From Podarcis liolepis (taxonomy: Eukaryota), in the NCBI GenBank assembly GCA_965112155.1, contig OZ218101.1: 64,000 nt of DNA. One strand, written 5' to 3'. The position numbers and the translations under genes are program-made. Under the pieces are notes generated by a model. That model saw only the letters and a program-made list of their open reading frames with translations. It was not told where the DNA came from and did no database searches. Below, in pieces: positions 1 through 14,500 of this stretch (within the stretch, counting starts at the first letter, position 1; the number at the start of each line of letters is the position of its first letter).

Positions 1-72
1 TCCTATTATGACATGAGGAGTAGATTATCTCAATCTCTCCACATCCCATTGACATGAACTAGGACCTTGATT

Positions 73-599
73 TCTTGGGAGAAAAGCAATGACAAACCTA
101 GATAGCATCTTAAAAAGCAGAGACATCACCTTGCCAACAAAGGCCTGTATAGTTAAAGCTATGGTTTTCCCAGTAGTGATGTATGGAAGTGAGAGCTGGA
201 CCATAAAGAAGGCTGATCGCCGAAGAATTGATGCTTTTGAATTATGGTGCTGGAGAAGACTCTTGAGAGTCCCATGGACTGCAAGAAGATCAAACCTCTC
301 CATTCTTAAGGAAATCAGCCCTGAGTGCTCACTGGAAGGACAGATCCTGAAGCTGAGACTCCAGTACTTTGGCCACCTCATGAGAAGAGAAGACTCCCTG
401 GAAAAGACCCTGATGTTGGGAAAGATGGAGGGCACAAGGACAAGGGGACGACAGAGGATGAGATGGTTGGACAGTGTTCTCGAAGCTACCAGCATGAGTT
501 TGACCAAACTGTGGGAGGCAGTGGAAGACAGAAGTGCCTGGCGTGCTCTGGTCCATGGGGTCATGAAGAGTTGGACACGACTAAATGACTAAACAACAA
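73..599 (+). mobile_element. BovB (RTE clade) LINE, 5'-truncated 3' fragment
   Basis: ORF 89-592 is the BovB ORF C-terminus ([23 protein letters not shown]...GRQRMRWLD). It ends in an (AAC)-type tail and has a 12-bp TSD AGGACCTTGATT at 61-72 and 600-611. Confidence 0.95.
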
Positions 600-809
600 A
601 GGACCTTGATTAAACAAGGGCACTTCTCATCTCCAGGAGAGCTATGTGATCTATTAGCCCAAACAGACTGAATGCCTCTTGTTAGCTTCAGGCAGAACTC
701 ATTGGCTACAACTTGAAATTTTCATTAAATTGAACAAAATAACAAGGCAAGGAGAAGAAGAAAAATAGATTACAGAGGATTCCAGTTTAAAGTTGGAAGA
801 TTTACATTC

Positions 810-1041
810 TTGGAAGTCGAACAGCTTAGTTTCTGAATGTTTTGGCTCCCGAACGTCGCAAACCCTGAAGTGACTGTTCTGGTTTGCAAACTATTTTTGG
901 AAACCAAATGTCTGACGGGGCTTCCGATTGGCTGCAGGAGTTTCCTGCAGCCAATCAGAAGTCGTGCTTTGGTTTTCAAACGTTTTGGAAGTCGAACAGA
1001 CTTCTGGAACAAATTCCGTTCGATTTCCAAGTTATGACTAT
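810..1041. mobile_element. Degenerate Tc1/mariner-type MITE
   Basis: Internal palindrome GATTGGCTGCAGGA..TCCTGCAGCCAATC, repeated TTGGAAGTCGAACAG, and a right end resembling the other TA-flanked MITEs in the window. The left boundary is uncertain. Confidence 0.55.
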
Positions 1042-3754
1042 ATTAGGCAACTTCCTATATATCTTCAACACACACACCCTACAAATAAATCACACTCCGG
1101 TCTCCCTTTCCCACCCTGCTGAAGTAGCACCTCTGGGAGCAAAGGCATAGGGGTCAGTAAAATTGCTACAGCTGAGTGAGACAATTATCAGACAAATGCA
1201 GAGGCCACAGAGAATTCTTCAGCTGTTGCAAGATCCCAGCTTCTTTCTGCCTTTGCGTGATACCAGCAAACACTGGGCAGGTTTGGCCTTTACCCATAAG
1301 GACATAAGAAGAGCCCAGGTGGATCAAGCCAATGACTCATCTAGCCTTGCATCCCATTCTCACAGTAGCCAACCATAGATGCCTATGGGCAGCCTGCAAT
1401 CACCACCTGCGTGCAAGAAGACTCTCCCCACCTGTGGATCCCAGTAACTGGTATTAATCAGCCAAGTACGAAGTTAGTGCCTGCTTCAAGTTTCAAAATC
1501 ATTGTTTACCAATCAGTCCCGAAGGAGAAGGCAACATTTGGAATGAAAGCAGCAGCAAGAGAAATCCCTAACTGACCTTGCCGATCAAATAATATTGAGT
1601 GTGTTCACCTTAGGCTTCCTACATTTTTCCTTGAACTGCTTTGCCCATGTATGACATGTGTTTTGCCTCCTCAAGACCTATGCTCTGTCCTTTGCTGTAT
1701 CCCATTTGTCTCACGTTGCTACTGCTTTTGTGCATTATGCCCTCTAAATACCCCTTCAGGTCCAGGGATGGATGGAGCCATCTATTTTCAGTTTGTGTCA
1801 ATTTCTCATGTTTTCCTTCATCGGTCTGTTCTGTCCTGTTTCTGCATTAAACTGCATTTTTTAAAAAATCAACATGAAAATTCATATTTAAATACCACTT
1901 TATCTCACTGAGAGTGGGAGGGCAAATTAGAATCTAGTCTTCATATAGATAAATTGTGATCATTATGACCATCCTTTATCAGCAGCTGGAGATCTCTGTC
2001 TTTCCAGCAAAAGTTGTCTGCATAACCAGTCTGTATGGAAATATATCATTCAAAACTTCTTCCTGTTAAATATAGAACTCTTGCTACTTAATTTAGCAAA
2101 CACTGTCTGCTGGCCTCTCAAATAATAGCTAGACAAAACTGAGCTGAGGCATGCACATTCCCCAAAGCCTATCAGGTATTATGCAAAATGACTGGAGTAT
2201 TAGAAAATTCAGTTGCTATGTGCACATTTCCCATGGTGTGTTGAAGATTATGTATATTGACCCAGAAATGTGTACAATTCCTTCTTCTGGATTATATGCA
2301 CATTATCCATGAGGCTTGGTGAATGTGCACAATGACTGACTGTTATGCACGTTAACTGTTCTACAGTGACCCTGGCACCTCACTCTGGGAATATTGCCTT
2401 TCTGTGGTGCCTTTAGGATATATCTGTTCCAGGGCTTCTCTGTGCTACGGAGCCATCTAGGGAAAATCTATGACTCTTGTAGCGATTTAGCTGTGCAGAA
2501 ATGTGTGGAATCAATGTAGGCCATGCAAAGATGCCATGTAGCTTGTGTGTGCTGAATGAGTGCATATGAGCAAGGAAAATTTGCTGTCAAGGAAGAAAAT
2601 AAGATATTGGGGTGACATTCTTAGAGTGGACCCACTGAAATCAATTTCTACATTTACACATTTAAATTTAAATAGTAGGAAAGAATTGTATGCGGGATAC
2701 TGCCCCAAATTTAATCACAGGAAATTACAATGCAAAACTTCCACCATTTTCTGAGTTAGCAGGGCTACAAATTGAACCCCACCCCTGGAAACAATTAACA
2801 TGGAAATTAGCACAGAACTTCCACTAGATTTCAGGAAGTGGCTTTTTCATTGTGTGAAAGATCACATAAAACACAAAAATTATCAGGCAAGGAAACATCA
2901 GGAAAATGAAACGAAGGGCTTGCTTAATGCAGCCTAAGTCTGGCTCCAACCCATATATAGATAGATCTCCCTTCCCTTCTGTTTAGAAACATTGGAAGAG
3001 ATAATACAGAGCAGCTCCAGCACCCTCTAAAGTTTGTAAGTGATTGTCTGCTATCTGTGTCAGCATCTCTCTCTTAAATATTTATCATTATTATTTTTAT
3101 AGCCCTCATACTGGACCTATTCTGCAGCAGTTTTCAGGGCCAAGAAGAAAGGGTAAAAAACCCCAGAAAATGAAATCCTTGGCTTCTGACAAGCCTACTC
3201 AAGACAAGTCAAGCTAACCATTGTTATTTCAGCTGCTGAGAGTCCCAGCAGAGGGTGGAGAGGTTAATTAATATATTTGTTTTTCCAATTTACAATGATG
3301 TGGTTGGAGTGATCTCTAAGCATACATGCAAAAAATGATAAAACCAGATATGTACATACTGTAATGAGCGGAGACAATGTCAAGTATCGATGGTAACAGA
3401 GCAGGAGGAACAAAACTTAGCAACATAGGAAGCTGCCTCACTCTGAGTCAGACCATTGGTCCCAGCTGCCATAGCCTCTACTTTGACTGGCAGGCTGGCC
3501 TCTCTATGGCCTCCCGCAGATGTTCTGCTTTCAGAGTTCCTTTTAGCTGGACATGTCTGGGATTCAACCTGAAACTTTCTGTGTAAGGGATGGGGAACCT
3601 CTGGTCATCCAGGTGTGCTTGGACTACAAGCTCTATATGAAAGTCATTTGCTCTACTACTGATTCATAGCCCTGCTGCCATCATCTCCATCATCATCAAT
3701 AACAGACTGCTTCACAGCATTAAGTCATCAGATAATGATAATAATGTTATTTTT

Positions 3755-3912
3755 TTTAATATACCGCCCGTCTGACTGGTTTGCCCCAGCCACTCTGAAT
3801 GGCTCCCAACAAAATATTAAAAACACAGTAAAACATCAACCATTAAAAACTTCCCTGAACAGGGCTGCCCTCAGATGTCTTATAGTTGTTTATCTGTTTG
3901 ACATCTGATGTC
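3755..3912 (-). mobile_element. L2/CR1-group LINE 3' tail fragment
   Basis: Same tail (CCGCCCxTCTGxCTGGxTTxCCCCAGCCACTCTG...CAGGGCTGCCxTCAGATGTCTT) recurs at ~21085, at ~33465 and, on the other strand, at 57455-57830. Confidence 0.7.
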
Positions 3913-4567
3913 AAAGCAATGTACCGGGTAGAAACAGAAGGAAACACAGAAACAGAAACTCAAAGAGCAATAGCACCTGTTCAACAAACACTAAAACAAT
4001 GAAACTACCCATACAGACTCTTTAAAAAACCCATGAAAACATTTCATCAAATATAGAATTGGTCTTCCATAAATGGCTGGGGAGAAAGCCTTCCTGGGCA
4101 AAATGTATTCAGTTGGCCCTAACTAAACTTGGAATTAGAGACCTGGGATCCAAAAAGCAATTTAGCAATATAAATTCAAGGTCCATTCATTCAAGGTGTA
4201 TCCATCACTCAGTGAAATGTTCAACTTACTTTCTTTGGACAGCAGACTTCAATGCAACATCATCAACTTCTTTATGAAGCTGCCTGAAAAGCAGTTTCCT
4301 GTGTGGGACGAGGGGTGTTGTTCCAGCAAGTAAGTTTCAACTTTCTATGGACACACAGGGTGAATGTCACAGTTCTTTAGCTACTGCTCCTTAGTCTTCC
4401 TACCACATGTGTCCCAATTCATTGACAACATGTTTAAATGAAGAAGGGAACAAGACTCAAAGTCAGTGACCTTTCAGCTACCCCATCTTCCTCCCTATTT
4501 ACACATTTAAATAACCTTCTAACCAGGATCAGGGTGTTTTACAATTGTTGTATAATGTATATAAATT

Positions 4568-5019
4568 GTGTTGTTGTTTAGTCGTTTAGTCGTGTCCGAC
4601 TCTTCGTGACCCCATGGACCAGAGCACGCCAGGCACTCCTGTCTTCCACTGCCTCCCACAGTTTGGTCAAACTCATGCTGGTAGCTTTGAGAACACTGTC
4701 CAACAATCTCATCCTCTGTCGTCCCCTTCTCCTTGTGCCCTCAATCTTTCCCAACATCAGGGTCTTTTCCAGGGAGTCTTCTCTTCTCACGAGGTGGCCA
4801 AAGTACTGGAGTCTCAGCTTCAGGATCTGTCCTTCCAGTGAGCACTCAGGGCTGATTTCCTTAAGAATGGAGAGGTTTGACCTTCTTGCAGTCCATGGGA
4901 CTCTCAAGAGTCTCCTCCAGCACCATAATTCAAAAGCATCAATTATTCGGCAATCAGCCTTCTTTATGGTCCAGCTCTCACTTCCATACATCACTACTGG
5001 GAATCACTATATACATCAC
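4568..5019 (-). mobile_element. BovB LINE 3' fragment
   Basis: Minus-strand ORF 4578-4994 is nearly identical to the copy at 73-599. (TTG)n tail. TSD TATATAAATT at 4558-4567 and 5020-5029. Confidence 0.95.
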
Positions 5020-7527
5020 TATATAAATTAGTATCTCATAAAATAAAGTCAGATGTGGTATAACTCAATTCCAGTGATCTAGGGGGAATGGAATAATAAA
5101 GAGATCAGGATTTTCCAAAGGCACGTACATGGGTGTTTCCATGTGCAAAGGATATGGTATTCAGCAATTACATTAGGTGTGAATTTGACGCCAAAAGGGG
5201 CTTACAGGCTGGTTGTCAGGTCTGCCAGAGGGCTTTGAAAGGCACTTTGTAAGCTGTGCATTTGCCTGCACAGTTTGATCTCAAACAGTACAGGCAAAAA
5301 GGGTTATCTGATATCATAGTGACACCTGTCAAATTTGTCCCTCAGAGCTGGGGGAAATAATGATCTGATCTCCTGACCAAATCCAGATCCCCACCCCTTT
5401 TATAAATGGCATAAGTATCCCTGAGGCTGCAATACCCACAGTGGAACTGACTGCTGAGAAGACATGACTAGGAGTGCACCATAAGTCTTCCTTAGTCTGT
5501 GATGGTCTGAGTTGAAAAGATGATTATATAAAACAGGGAAGGAAACTCAATCCACAAACATTTTTGTGGCACATCTACACAAAGTACAGCACTGATCTGG
5601 CTAGGTTTCCATGTGATGGTGCCCTAAGGGCCAAAGAAGACATAACAGGGACAAAACTGTTCAACAAAGCAAAATTGATTCTTTAAAACAACAGCAGGAG
5701 TGGAGTGGTTCTGATTTTTAGAGCAAAAGTAGTATGTGGGTCAGAGGACCCAAATAACTTCAGATTTATGGTTCCAACTTGGTCTTCAAAAGACTTGAAG
5801 GCTGCAGAATTTCTTTAACCATCCTTAGCTTCCCTGCAGTCTCTCACCCCAACACCTATCTCTCAACCAAATTCACTTATTGGAATCTTGGTGACAGACT
5901 GGGGGAGGGGGTAGTCATGGGAAGGGAAGACATTTTGCTATCCATGCCTCTCCTGCTCTAAAATTAGACACACCCACTTCATCAGTATCTGAAGCAGATC
6001 TGGCTTTAAACCAGGGGACTTCAACACAGCACCCACAGTTGCCCCTGGGTGTGCAAATACTTCCCCTGGTCTAGAAACCTAGGTAATTGTCTTCTGCTGA
6101 GTTTGACCACAGCCCTACCTTGCTCAGTATTGCCTACACTATCAGCAGCTCTCTAAAGTTTCAGCGAGGGTCCTTTTCTATCTCTCTGTGAAGAGGCTAT
6201 GCATCAAACGTGGACCCTTTTACATCCAGTGAGTTGTCAATTCATGAGCTACTGTATTATTTTCATTATTTGTGGGGGGGGGGTTTGAGGAGAGGTTTCA
6301 CTGTTATATGGATCATACTGAAACAGAATCTGGGGTTGTGGCCTGTTTTGCCTTAATGCAGCACTTGAACTTCACAGCACAATATGCACATGATTCTGAA
6401 ACATGATAGTGGCGTTAACTATTTGATCTTCTCACTTCCCCATTCAAACCAAACCATTTCCATCAATAGGACCAAATAGGCTGGATTGCAAGTATTTTGG
6501 GGCTTAATTGGATTGTAGATTGGGCTGCCCATTACAGAGCCCTACTTACTTTCACAGTGCTGGAAATGGGAGTGCAAGTTTGCTGTGCCCTTTCTACGCG
6601 CTTTGACAAACCGGGTGAGTTTTTGAGACATAACGTTAAGGGGAGAAAGGGAGAGAAATCAAGGCCTGCAAAAATCCTTACACTTATTTGTTTCTTCTTT
6701 CCCCAACCCATCTGTAAACATTTTGTTTTATCCATTTTCCTAATGATTTCATTGACAGGCAACTTCAAAAGGCAAGCTCCAGCCTTCTTGTTGTACAGGC
6801 TGCAAAGGGATCTGTCACCCTCAGCAAGCCTCCCTGCCACGAGCCATTTATCGCAACAAAAGGCACCGTGTTAACGACATGGCTCATCATCAGTCAGTCC
6901 TGGTGCAGAAGATGTCAAATCCACTGCTGGAGAACAAGGATAATGTGGTCTTTGCTTTTTTTGAAATGAAGAGATGGCAGGGGCTGGGAAGAAAGTCATC
7001 GGCAAATTGGTTGATGATTCTCTCCACCGTCAATCCCCACCGCTGACCCCATTTTGTGCGAGAAGGTTCGCCGGCTTCTTAAATCGACTTGGACGTTTTA
7101 TTCTCCCCTTTAAATATTTGAAGGAAGAATGTAAACAGATAATATCTCCGTAGCGAGCTGTAGAAAAGGTTGCTTTCGGTTGAACGTTCCTGGCAAAATG
7201 CAGAAATTAAAAATAACTGTACAAGCTGATGCTGGGAATCCCCCACACATTACGTCCCTTTTGAGAAAGTGGTGTGGAAGAAGGAATTGTCCTCCCAGGC
7301 CCAATCATGTTGACAGACAGACAAGAAATAAATTGCATTACAGGGTGGCTATGCTTGGCCCATGGTTCTCACACAAATTGCCACTGTGAAGCGGTGTCTG
7401 TCAGTCTTAGTTTTGTGCAGAAATCTGGGCTTCGGTTTCTCAGTTTTCTTCATTTGCAAAAGGGGCCTCCATTTTCCTGTCCTACTCTCAGGGTACCTTA
7501 TGGTTGTGGGGTAACCCAAGGGTCTTT

Positions 7528-7877
7528 AAGGTAAAGGTAAAGGAACCCTTGACCATTAGGTCCAGTTGTGGCCGACTCTGGGGTTGCGACGCTCATCTCA
7601 CTTTATTGGCCGAGGAAGCCGGCGTACAGCTTCCGGGTCATGTGGCCAGCATGACTAAGCCGCTTCTGGCGAACCAGAGCAGCGCACGGAAACGCCGTTT
7701 ACCTTCCCGCCGGAGCAGTACCTATTTATCTACTTTAACATGCTTTCAAACTGCTAGGTTGGCAGGAGCAGGGACCGAGCAACGGGAGCTCACCCTGTCA
7801 CGGGGATTCAAACCGCCAACCTTCTGATTGGCAAGTCCTAGGCTCTGTGGTTTAACCCACAGTGCCACCCACGTCCC
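7528..7877 (-). mobile_element. Sauria SINE (Squam1 family)
   Basis: Reverse complement starts GGGACGTGGGTGGCACTGTGG (tRNA-like head) and ends in an (ACCTTT)n tail. Five homologous copies in the window. Confidence 0.9.
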
Positions 7878-7908
7878 TTTTACTTTCCAGTAAACATTCT
7901 TCCAGCAC

Positions 7909-8540
7909 CATGCCCGAAGATTAAGGCCTTCTGGGAAATGATCTACAATGAAATGAAAAAGGTACTTAAATGTACCTTTCCTAAAAAACCAGAGGCCTTT
8001 CTCTTGGGCATTGTCGGTCAATTGGTGACAAAGAAAGATAGAATCTTTTTTATGTATGCCACAACAGCAGCAAGAATACTCATCGCAAAGTATTGGAAGA
8101 CACAAGATTTACCCACTGTGGAAGAATGGCAGATGAAAGTGATGGACTATATGACGCTGGCCGAGATGACAGGCAGAATCCGTGACCAACGAAAAGAGAC
8201 GGTGGAAGAAGAGTGGAAAAAATTTAAAAGCTATCTTAAGGACTACTATAAACTTGATGAATGCTAAAATGTTGTGGTTTTCAGAAGCAAAAGGGTACAG
8301 GGATACAAGGCTAGACTATAAAAGAGGACTAAGATGATAAAGATTGGAAAGTAACAATTGGGAGTTGCTAGTTGAATTTTGGACATTGGGATGCAGAGAG
8401 GGGGGGTATGGGGAAGTCCAAGAAAAGAGGTTTATGAAAATATGTTTGAAATTATACGTGTATGTTTGTTATTTTTAGTGTTTGTTTGTTTTTCTTAAAA
8501 GTGTTGTAAAATCAATAAAAATTTTATAAAAAAAAAAAAA
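7909..8540 (+). mobile_element. L1-clade LINE 3' end (ORF2 C-terminus, 3' UTR, poly-A)
   Basis: ORF 7938-8267 (KPEAFLLGI...YATTAARILIAKYWK), AATAAA and poly-A tail. TSD CATTCTTCCAGCAC at 7895-7908 and 8541-8554. Confidence 0.9.
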
Positions 8541-11500
8541 CATTCTTCCAGCACACTCCAGCACTCAGTTCTTTATTTGATAAAGCCCTTCATAGGAAAA
8601 GGAAGCTCATGATGTCTTCCCCTGAGCTTTGATTGATGCCCAGGCACCTGGGAGGTGCGCAGAGAGCAGGCCAGGGGTGGGATGATTTGTAGAATGAAAG
8701 AAAGTCCCAAAAAGAAGGTAAATGCAACAACTCCCTTGTATCCCAAACAGGAATATCTCGCTGAAATGTTATTTTGCCTTGGGAATTTTTTGAATGTAAT
8801 CTTTGTTCTTTTTAACTGATGGTAAATGGTCGGAGGGGGTTGGAATTTCAGCACAGTGCTGGTCAGAGTGGCTCAGCCATTCATTCTTTCGTGCTACCGC
8901 ACTCACAGGGACACCCCAGGTCAAACTAGGTATGACATTGATTACGTGATTGCAATTAACATGGCCACGGGGGGGGGGGGGCATAAATAGCCTCCCAGGA
9001 AACCCTTTGCAACTTCAGGGCAGTGGAAGTGAGGGGTCTGTGGTGTGAGAGAAGAGTTTATCCCTTTCCCTTCTATCCTAGTCATGACAAAATGACTCCC
9101 CAAAGCTGAATGAACTTTATTACGGTCATAGACCAGGATTAAGAAAAGCATATTGATAAAATAGCAGTTGGGATTTTTGACCAATAATTGTTAGGGCAAA
9201 GCTGCTTTGGGGGTTTTAAGGGAAGCCTTCACTGACACAGTGGGAGCTATCCTGAAAATGCGCATAGAAGTGGTTTTTTTGTTGTTGCTCCCATGTCAGA
9301 AAGACAAAGTGTTAAATCCTTCTTCCTACCCGCCAAATCCTGAGGCTGCTGACATCTCCCTGGGACTGCAATTTTCATAATGGGGAACCATGGCCATTGA
9401 TTCTGTTCACACAATTAACAAGATGCCTAGCTTTACCCTTTAGCACTGTAAAGGATCTATGGGTATTTAAGACAGGCTTAGGAGTCCCATTAAATGAGGA
9501 CCAAAGGATTGACTCCTTAAAGACAGTAAAAAGGAATTTTCACCTAACGAAGAACTAGGACTTGCTTATTGCTCTGTGACTGGAAATAACCACAAGTGCT
9601 TTGAAATAATACATTTGCCCACCTTTCCAATTTACCATTTCAATTGTACCATGTATATTAGTCTACCTTTCCCCCACCATTGGATTAAACTGCTGGGATA
9701 GCTCAGTCACTTTAAGCCTCACGTTGAATGAACGATTCCTGCATTGCAGGAGGTTGGAGCAAATGGCCATGTAGTCCCTTCTAACTCTACAATTCCATGA
9801 AAACAAACCAAAACCTCATTTCCTCCTGACATTTGTGTGACAATTAACCACAGTAGGACAATAGCTGGCCTATCCATTATGGTTGCTATGGGGACTTTGC
9901 CAGGCAAACATTATGTCAGCAGAGGACTTCAAAACCACTGGTGAAGTACCATGTGCTGATAAGATGTTTCAAACATGTGAGAGGGGGAGCAAGAGGGCTT
10001 GTAATGGAGGCTTGTCCATTAGGTTGAGTGGGACAAAGACTCACAAACTGCAGGTTACCTTCAGCCAGCTTCCACCTGCCTGCCTTCTGACTTACAACCA
10101 GTCGGCGCTTTGGTTATTGGTTCTGGCATCATCTATGGTTAGTCTCCCTGCCTTCTACCCTATCAATCCCAATCGAAACTAGCCTCCACTATTCCACCAC
10201 ACAGAGGAGCCCCATGTCTCTTCTTGGGTTCGATCCAGACTACATTAGTTGCAGCTAGCTCCCACTGATTTCACTAGGGCTGAAGAAAATGTGTTAAGGA
10301 TTGCAGCCTTAGTTCGTGTCCTACCAATGATAGCAAACTTGCGAAATGGGAAGTCTGAAATCTGTTGTGCATGCAAAAACAAAAAACAGTTTCACTCCAA
10401 ATACTGCCAACCTCAAAAAAGTAGAAATAATAAAAGAGCATTGTTTCAGAAGTGTTATGCAGTTCTCCATAACCTTTGGTGTTAACAGTTTTACTTTTTA
10501 AAGTGAATCATAAATGCATAAACTGAAAGGTAATTACATTAGATTTGGTTACCCATCTAAAGTTTCCCAGGGCTGAATTCATGAACAATTGATGGTGAGC
10601 AAAATCTGGGATCCCGCTTGCGAGATTCTCCCAGGAAGATGATTTTCTTTTATTTATGAACTTGTGAGAGTGTTTTTCAAAAGTGAATCTGTGGCCACAA
10701 AAATGTCATGTTAGAATCAGCACTTCAAAAAACAAATATCTTCCCTGGCTTGTGATTACTACTTATAGTGTGATCCATCCTAGCCATGCTTACTTTGAAG
10801 CAAGCCTCATCAATTAGCAATGGGACTTTTAATTAAAATGTGATTTCAGAGCTGGATTCTGTGTATGCTTAGTTAAAAGCAAGCCCTGGTGAGTTTACTT
10901 CCAAGTAAGCATGCACAGGATTACAACCTTAGGCTTAAATAAATGCATATGTTTTTGGAGAGACAGAGGTGTTAGAAGATAAATGAAAGGATGGATGTAA
11001 TGTATTTGGATTGAGCTAATGCAATCGAAATGATGTCTCCTGAAACTGTTGTCTTTTAATGAATTCAGTTTGGTTTCGATGTGCATTCTTTCTTGTGGCT
11101 GGAAGATTGTTCAAAGAGCTTGACAATTTAGTATTTATCAAGTCGAGGTGAAGTGTCTTGTGAGCCACAGTAGGGAAGCTGCATTGTCTTCTTTATTTAA
11201 TATTGTCATTAAAGTTCCGGGATAATTCTGTTAGTGAATAAAAATGATAATGGTTACATAATTCAATAGACACATTATACGAGACAGAGACGAGTGAGGA
11301 CAAATCATACAGGAAAACATAACCATAGAGACAAAATAAAATAAAATGATAGTTGGCTGGAGGGGGATCAAAGCTCAGATAACAGGAAGTAAAACAAAAC
11401 AAAACAAAAACCTACAGTCCAAAATGCAGATGTTGCAAAGTAATAATAAAATGATAATACAGAAAGTGATGGTCAAGTGATGGTAACCAGCAAATTAAAA

Positions 11501-14500
11501 GCAAGTTATCCTTTTAAGATGGATGGTTAGAAAAGCATTGCCTGTTTATCAGATACCCATCTTTTATTTATATCTGTATATCTGTCTCTGTCTTCCTCAG
11601 CCTGGTAACCTCCAGATGTGGTTGGATTGCAGCTTCAGCCCTAGCCAACAAAGTCAATTGCAAGTAGTGATAGAAGTTGTGGTTCAGCAACATCTGGAGG
11701 GCACCTGCCTGATCTATACCTATGCATAGACAAGACCTTCCCAACTCAGTGCCCTGCAGATACATCAGACTGCAACCACCAGCCGGCATGGCCAATGGTC
11801 AAGGATGATGGGAATTGTAGTCCAGAAACATCCAAATTGGGGGACCCTGGCAAACTATTGATCTTTGAGCATGTTGATAGGTGTTAATACAGAAGTGAAA
11901 TTGAAATTAGATTAAATAATACAATGCAACTGTATCAAAAGCGGGGGAGATTTGCATGAATAAGACACACAGAGACACATGTCAGCACACACACGAGTCT
12001 GTTCTTGGAGTCCTTTCTGATTGTATGCTAGTGTTGACTTTAATGCACAGATGCCCACTTGTGTGAGCAGTTTGCTCTTATGAATGGTCCAGCAATAGAA
12101 TAACTAACCTCTATGAGACTGCCCTTCTCTTCTGTGAACTGGAAAGGAGTCAACATTCTCTTCAGTCCAAATCTTCTCTCTGCTTTGTCACAATAAGAAT
12201 GGCTGGTGCCAGGGCTGGCCCACCCATGAGGCAAAGGGAGGTGACTGCCTCAGGTAGCAGGATCCATATGGGCAGCAGATCCTGATGTAGGTCTTTATTG
12301 CTCTCTTCTTCCTGCTGTAGATCGTCACTCACCCCTTCTTCCATGGTGGGGAGGGAAGTGCTACACTTTGGTCCACCTCAGGTGTCAAAACGTCTCAGGC
12401 CAGCCCTGGTTGGACCCTTCTTCTTCTCCTTGATGGACCTGTCAAGCAGGCTGCCAAAAATCCCCTTTCCCTAGATCATTGGAATGCAGCTTTTCAAAAG
12501 CAAGTAAAACTTTTAGGCATGAATTATGCCTTTGGCCCTAGCCCAGTCTTCTCACACAACTTTTTTAAAGCAATTCTCTCTTGTCTATTGCTCATGAAGC
12601 TTAATTATACCCCTTTACTTACAGTTCCTCTGAATTCCAACATGTGTTGAACCGACGTTTCTATTAATAAATTCTCTTCCTTTTTCCTGGTTCTGATTTT
12701 TCAGGGTGGGTTCTCCCCCCCCCCCCCGCTTTCTCCTTTTAAATTGAGATAATGTTTTATAAGGTATGCCGGGGGATGGGGGCGGGAGGAATTTCCTCTG
12801 AAGAAGGATATTCTTACACAAATGCACACACACATCCATGCATAGGCCCATTACTTTTGGAGGTCATGATCACGCCACTGGTCCATGTGCAGCAACTTCC
12901 ACATGTACGCCGGAAGGAACATAGAGATATCTGTTTACATGAGTAGCTGGGAACTACTTAATCAGAGCACCCTATTTTTCCAGAACACCATTCATTTGAT
13001 TCTAATCTGGACAATAGGCCACATATTGCATATTCTCTCTGATGCACGCACATCTGGCACATGGAGAAAGCAGAGTTTGCTGTCATGATTGAGAACACCC
13101 ACTCTGTGTGTAAATCATATGGGGCTCTACTCTCATACAAGTCATCTGGAAGAAGAATACAGTTTAAAGAGAAATAAATGGCTAAATCCTGCCTTTTCAA
13201 AAAGCCTCTCTTTGGTAAGATCACCAGTGTCCTGGGGTTCGTATCTTTGTTTTCCTCCACCCAAGTAATTCATTGGGGATTTAAAAAAAGAAACAAAGCC
13301 CTTTGAAAATCAACAGAGCAGGACTGAAATTGAAAGACTACTTGACATTCCAGGCTGTTCAGATACCCCCCCCCCCGCCCATGTACCCAGCATGGAGGAA
13401 GAAGTAGAATGATGCCCAATGGCACTGCAAATTTGGGAAACAATCCCTCCACAGGCTCTCCATGCCAGAGGCAACCTAGATGAGCTCCCGCTGATGTAGA
13501 AAGACTAGACACATGCAGTTACACAAGCATAGGCACACTTTACTCAATACTCCATTGACTGTTCAGTGGTTGGAAACGGGGGATATGCAAATATCAATTC
13601 CAACAAGTAGGGATAGGCAAATCTGCCAATTTTGGTTTCTCGTTTCCTCCTTAAGTTCAGTTCTCCACATCTGTTAGCGATTTTATTTATATATTTTTGA
13701 AATTTGCCTTTTGCTGCGACTTTCTCCTAACAGACACGTGCTTGCATGCAGTTCTCCCTTGTGTACACATTTCTACAAAGCCATTTCTCCAAATATAATG
13801 CATTTTTTATCAACACACACATTTTTATGCATGCCTCATTCATTGTTGGGCACAGTGCTTGGCTGGAGAAATACATTGCAAAATTCAGAGAAGTGTGACT
13901 TTTGAAGGGCAACTGTGTTTTGGCTCATATATTCGTCTTGGAAGTTGCGAATTAGGTAACTGTGCTTTCAGGTGTGAAGCCATTTGAATTTCTCCCCAAT
14001 AACTCCCAGCAAGCACAGTCACACACACACACCACACACTACATACCTTAGGTATGAGTACTAGGTATATCATCTGCACAGCCCATCACTGTGTACAGCT
14101 TGCTAGGAGACAATGGAACTCCTCTAGGGAAACTGCAGCGTAAGAGGGTCCAGTGTTGAGGCGACATTCTTGCAACTTCACATGATGAAAACTGGGGCAG
14201 TGTTCTGGCAAACAGTTATTTCCTGCCACTGAAAATTGAAGACAACATGGCAGCGCATTGATTAAAAACAGCCACAGTTCCATAACACAACAGGCAATGC
14301 AGTGTAAAGGGAATATTAGCACCCAGGATGGAAGTGTGTAATCTGGAAAACTAACACAATAACCCCCATGTCCGAATACATCCTCAGTGTGTCTGTGGCT
14401 CCCTCCTCCAAAACCTATGTCTATTCTTTTTGCAGACCTAGATGACATCATTCTTAGCTGGAAGGGAAGTGTGTTCTCTATCCCCTTCAGAAACCTCAAG

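Noticed and set aside
25-564. Long ORFs antisense to BovB (also 4606-5031 and 50908-51522)
   Set aside because: They are shadow frames on the opposite strand of the BovB coding sequence and recur in every copy.
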